Source: Candidatus Dojkabacteria bacterium (GTDB lineage: Bacteria; Patescibacteriota; Dojkabacteria; SC72). From it: a DNA stretch of 53,771 nucleotides. The position numbers and the translations under genes were made by a program. Every line of letters begins with the position of its first letter. Positions within the stretch are counted from its first letter, which is position 1. The notes under the pieces are model-generated. The model was not told the DNA's origin. It made no database searches and saw nothing but the letters and a program-made list of their open reading frames with translations. Of this stretch, positions 53,767 through 53,771 are shown piece after piece. Location: the NCBI GenBank assembly GCA_035370505.1, contig DAOOVU010000002.1, forward strand, positions 1 through 53,771, read 5' to 3'.

Positions 53767-53771
53767 ATCTA

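Noticed and set aside
1-53771. Possibility of an alternative genetic code (UGA recoded), as in some candidate phyla
   Set aside because: Long conserved genes (dnaE, uvrB, mutL, nrdD, gatB) are full length and colinear with their families under the standard code. No tRNA with a UCA anticodon is present in the window.
1-53771. CRISPR arrays, transposases, integrases, reverse transcriptases, prophage blocks
   Set aside because: I found no regularly spaced direct repeats and no ORF with the corresponding motifs (DDE, tyrosine or serine recombinase, YxDD RT). tRNA genes are not flanked by obvious partial duplications.

Overview
AT-rich (about one-third G+C by eye), very gene-dense bacterial chromosome segment read with the standard genetic code. 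Long housekeeping ORFs such as dnaE, uvrB and nrdD are intact when UGA is a stop. I call about 53 CDS and 11 tRNA genes. I see no rRNA, CRISPR array, transposase, integrase or reverse transcriptase. Contents: a division cluster (sensor kinase-ftsQ-ftsA-ftsZ-ftsW); rplU-methyltransferase-rpmA; parB-parA-lepB; gatCB and a separate gatA; rnhB, gpmI and rplS; DNA replication and repair genes (dnaE-uvrC, uvrB, mutL, lexA, a HelD-like helicase); cell-envelope genes (2 glycosyltransferases, DegT-FemAB, LemA-DUF2207, DedA, PAP2-like); and anaerobic RNR (nrdD-nrdG). The streamlined content, short intergenic gaps, many overlapping genes, and the reliance on GatCAB and class III RNR look like a small-genome, anaerobic, CPR/Patescibacteria-like organism. 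That taxonomic placement is inference only. All product calls come from motif recognition in the supplied translations; no database search was possible. Main second-look items: (1) the NrdD glycyl-radical domain sits on a separate 42-codon ORF that is missing from the ORF track; (2) a six-gene envelope operon (30144..34845) contains three apparent pseudo-enzymes or odd fusions: a transglutaminase-like protein without the Cys, a cupin PGI-like protein without metal ligands, and a membrane-tethered HEPN; (3) a tight HelD-like helicase / unknown 359-aa protein / RNHCP zinc-finger operon; (4) three CCTAGG-centred palindromes lie in the only large non-coding gap; (5) a Fic-fold protein with a fully degenerate active site is coupled to gatB; (6) an archaeal-type Trm11-like methyltransferase lies between rplU and a divergent rpmA. 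I cannot tell which of these, if any, is a genuinely new system.
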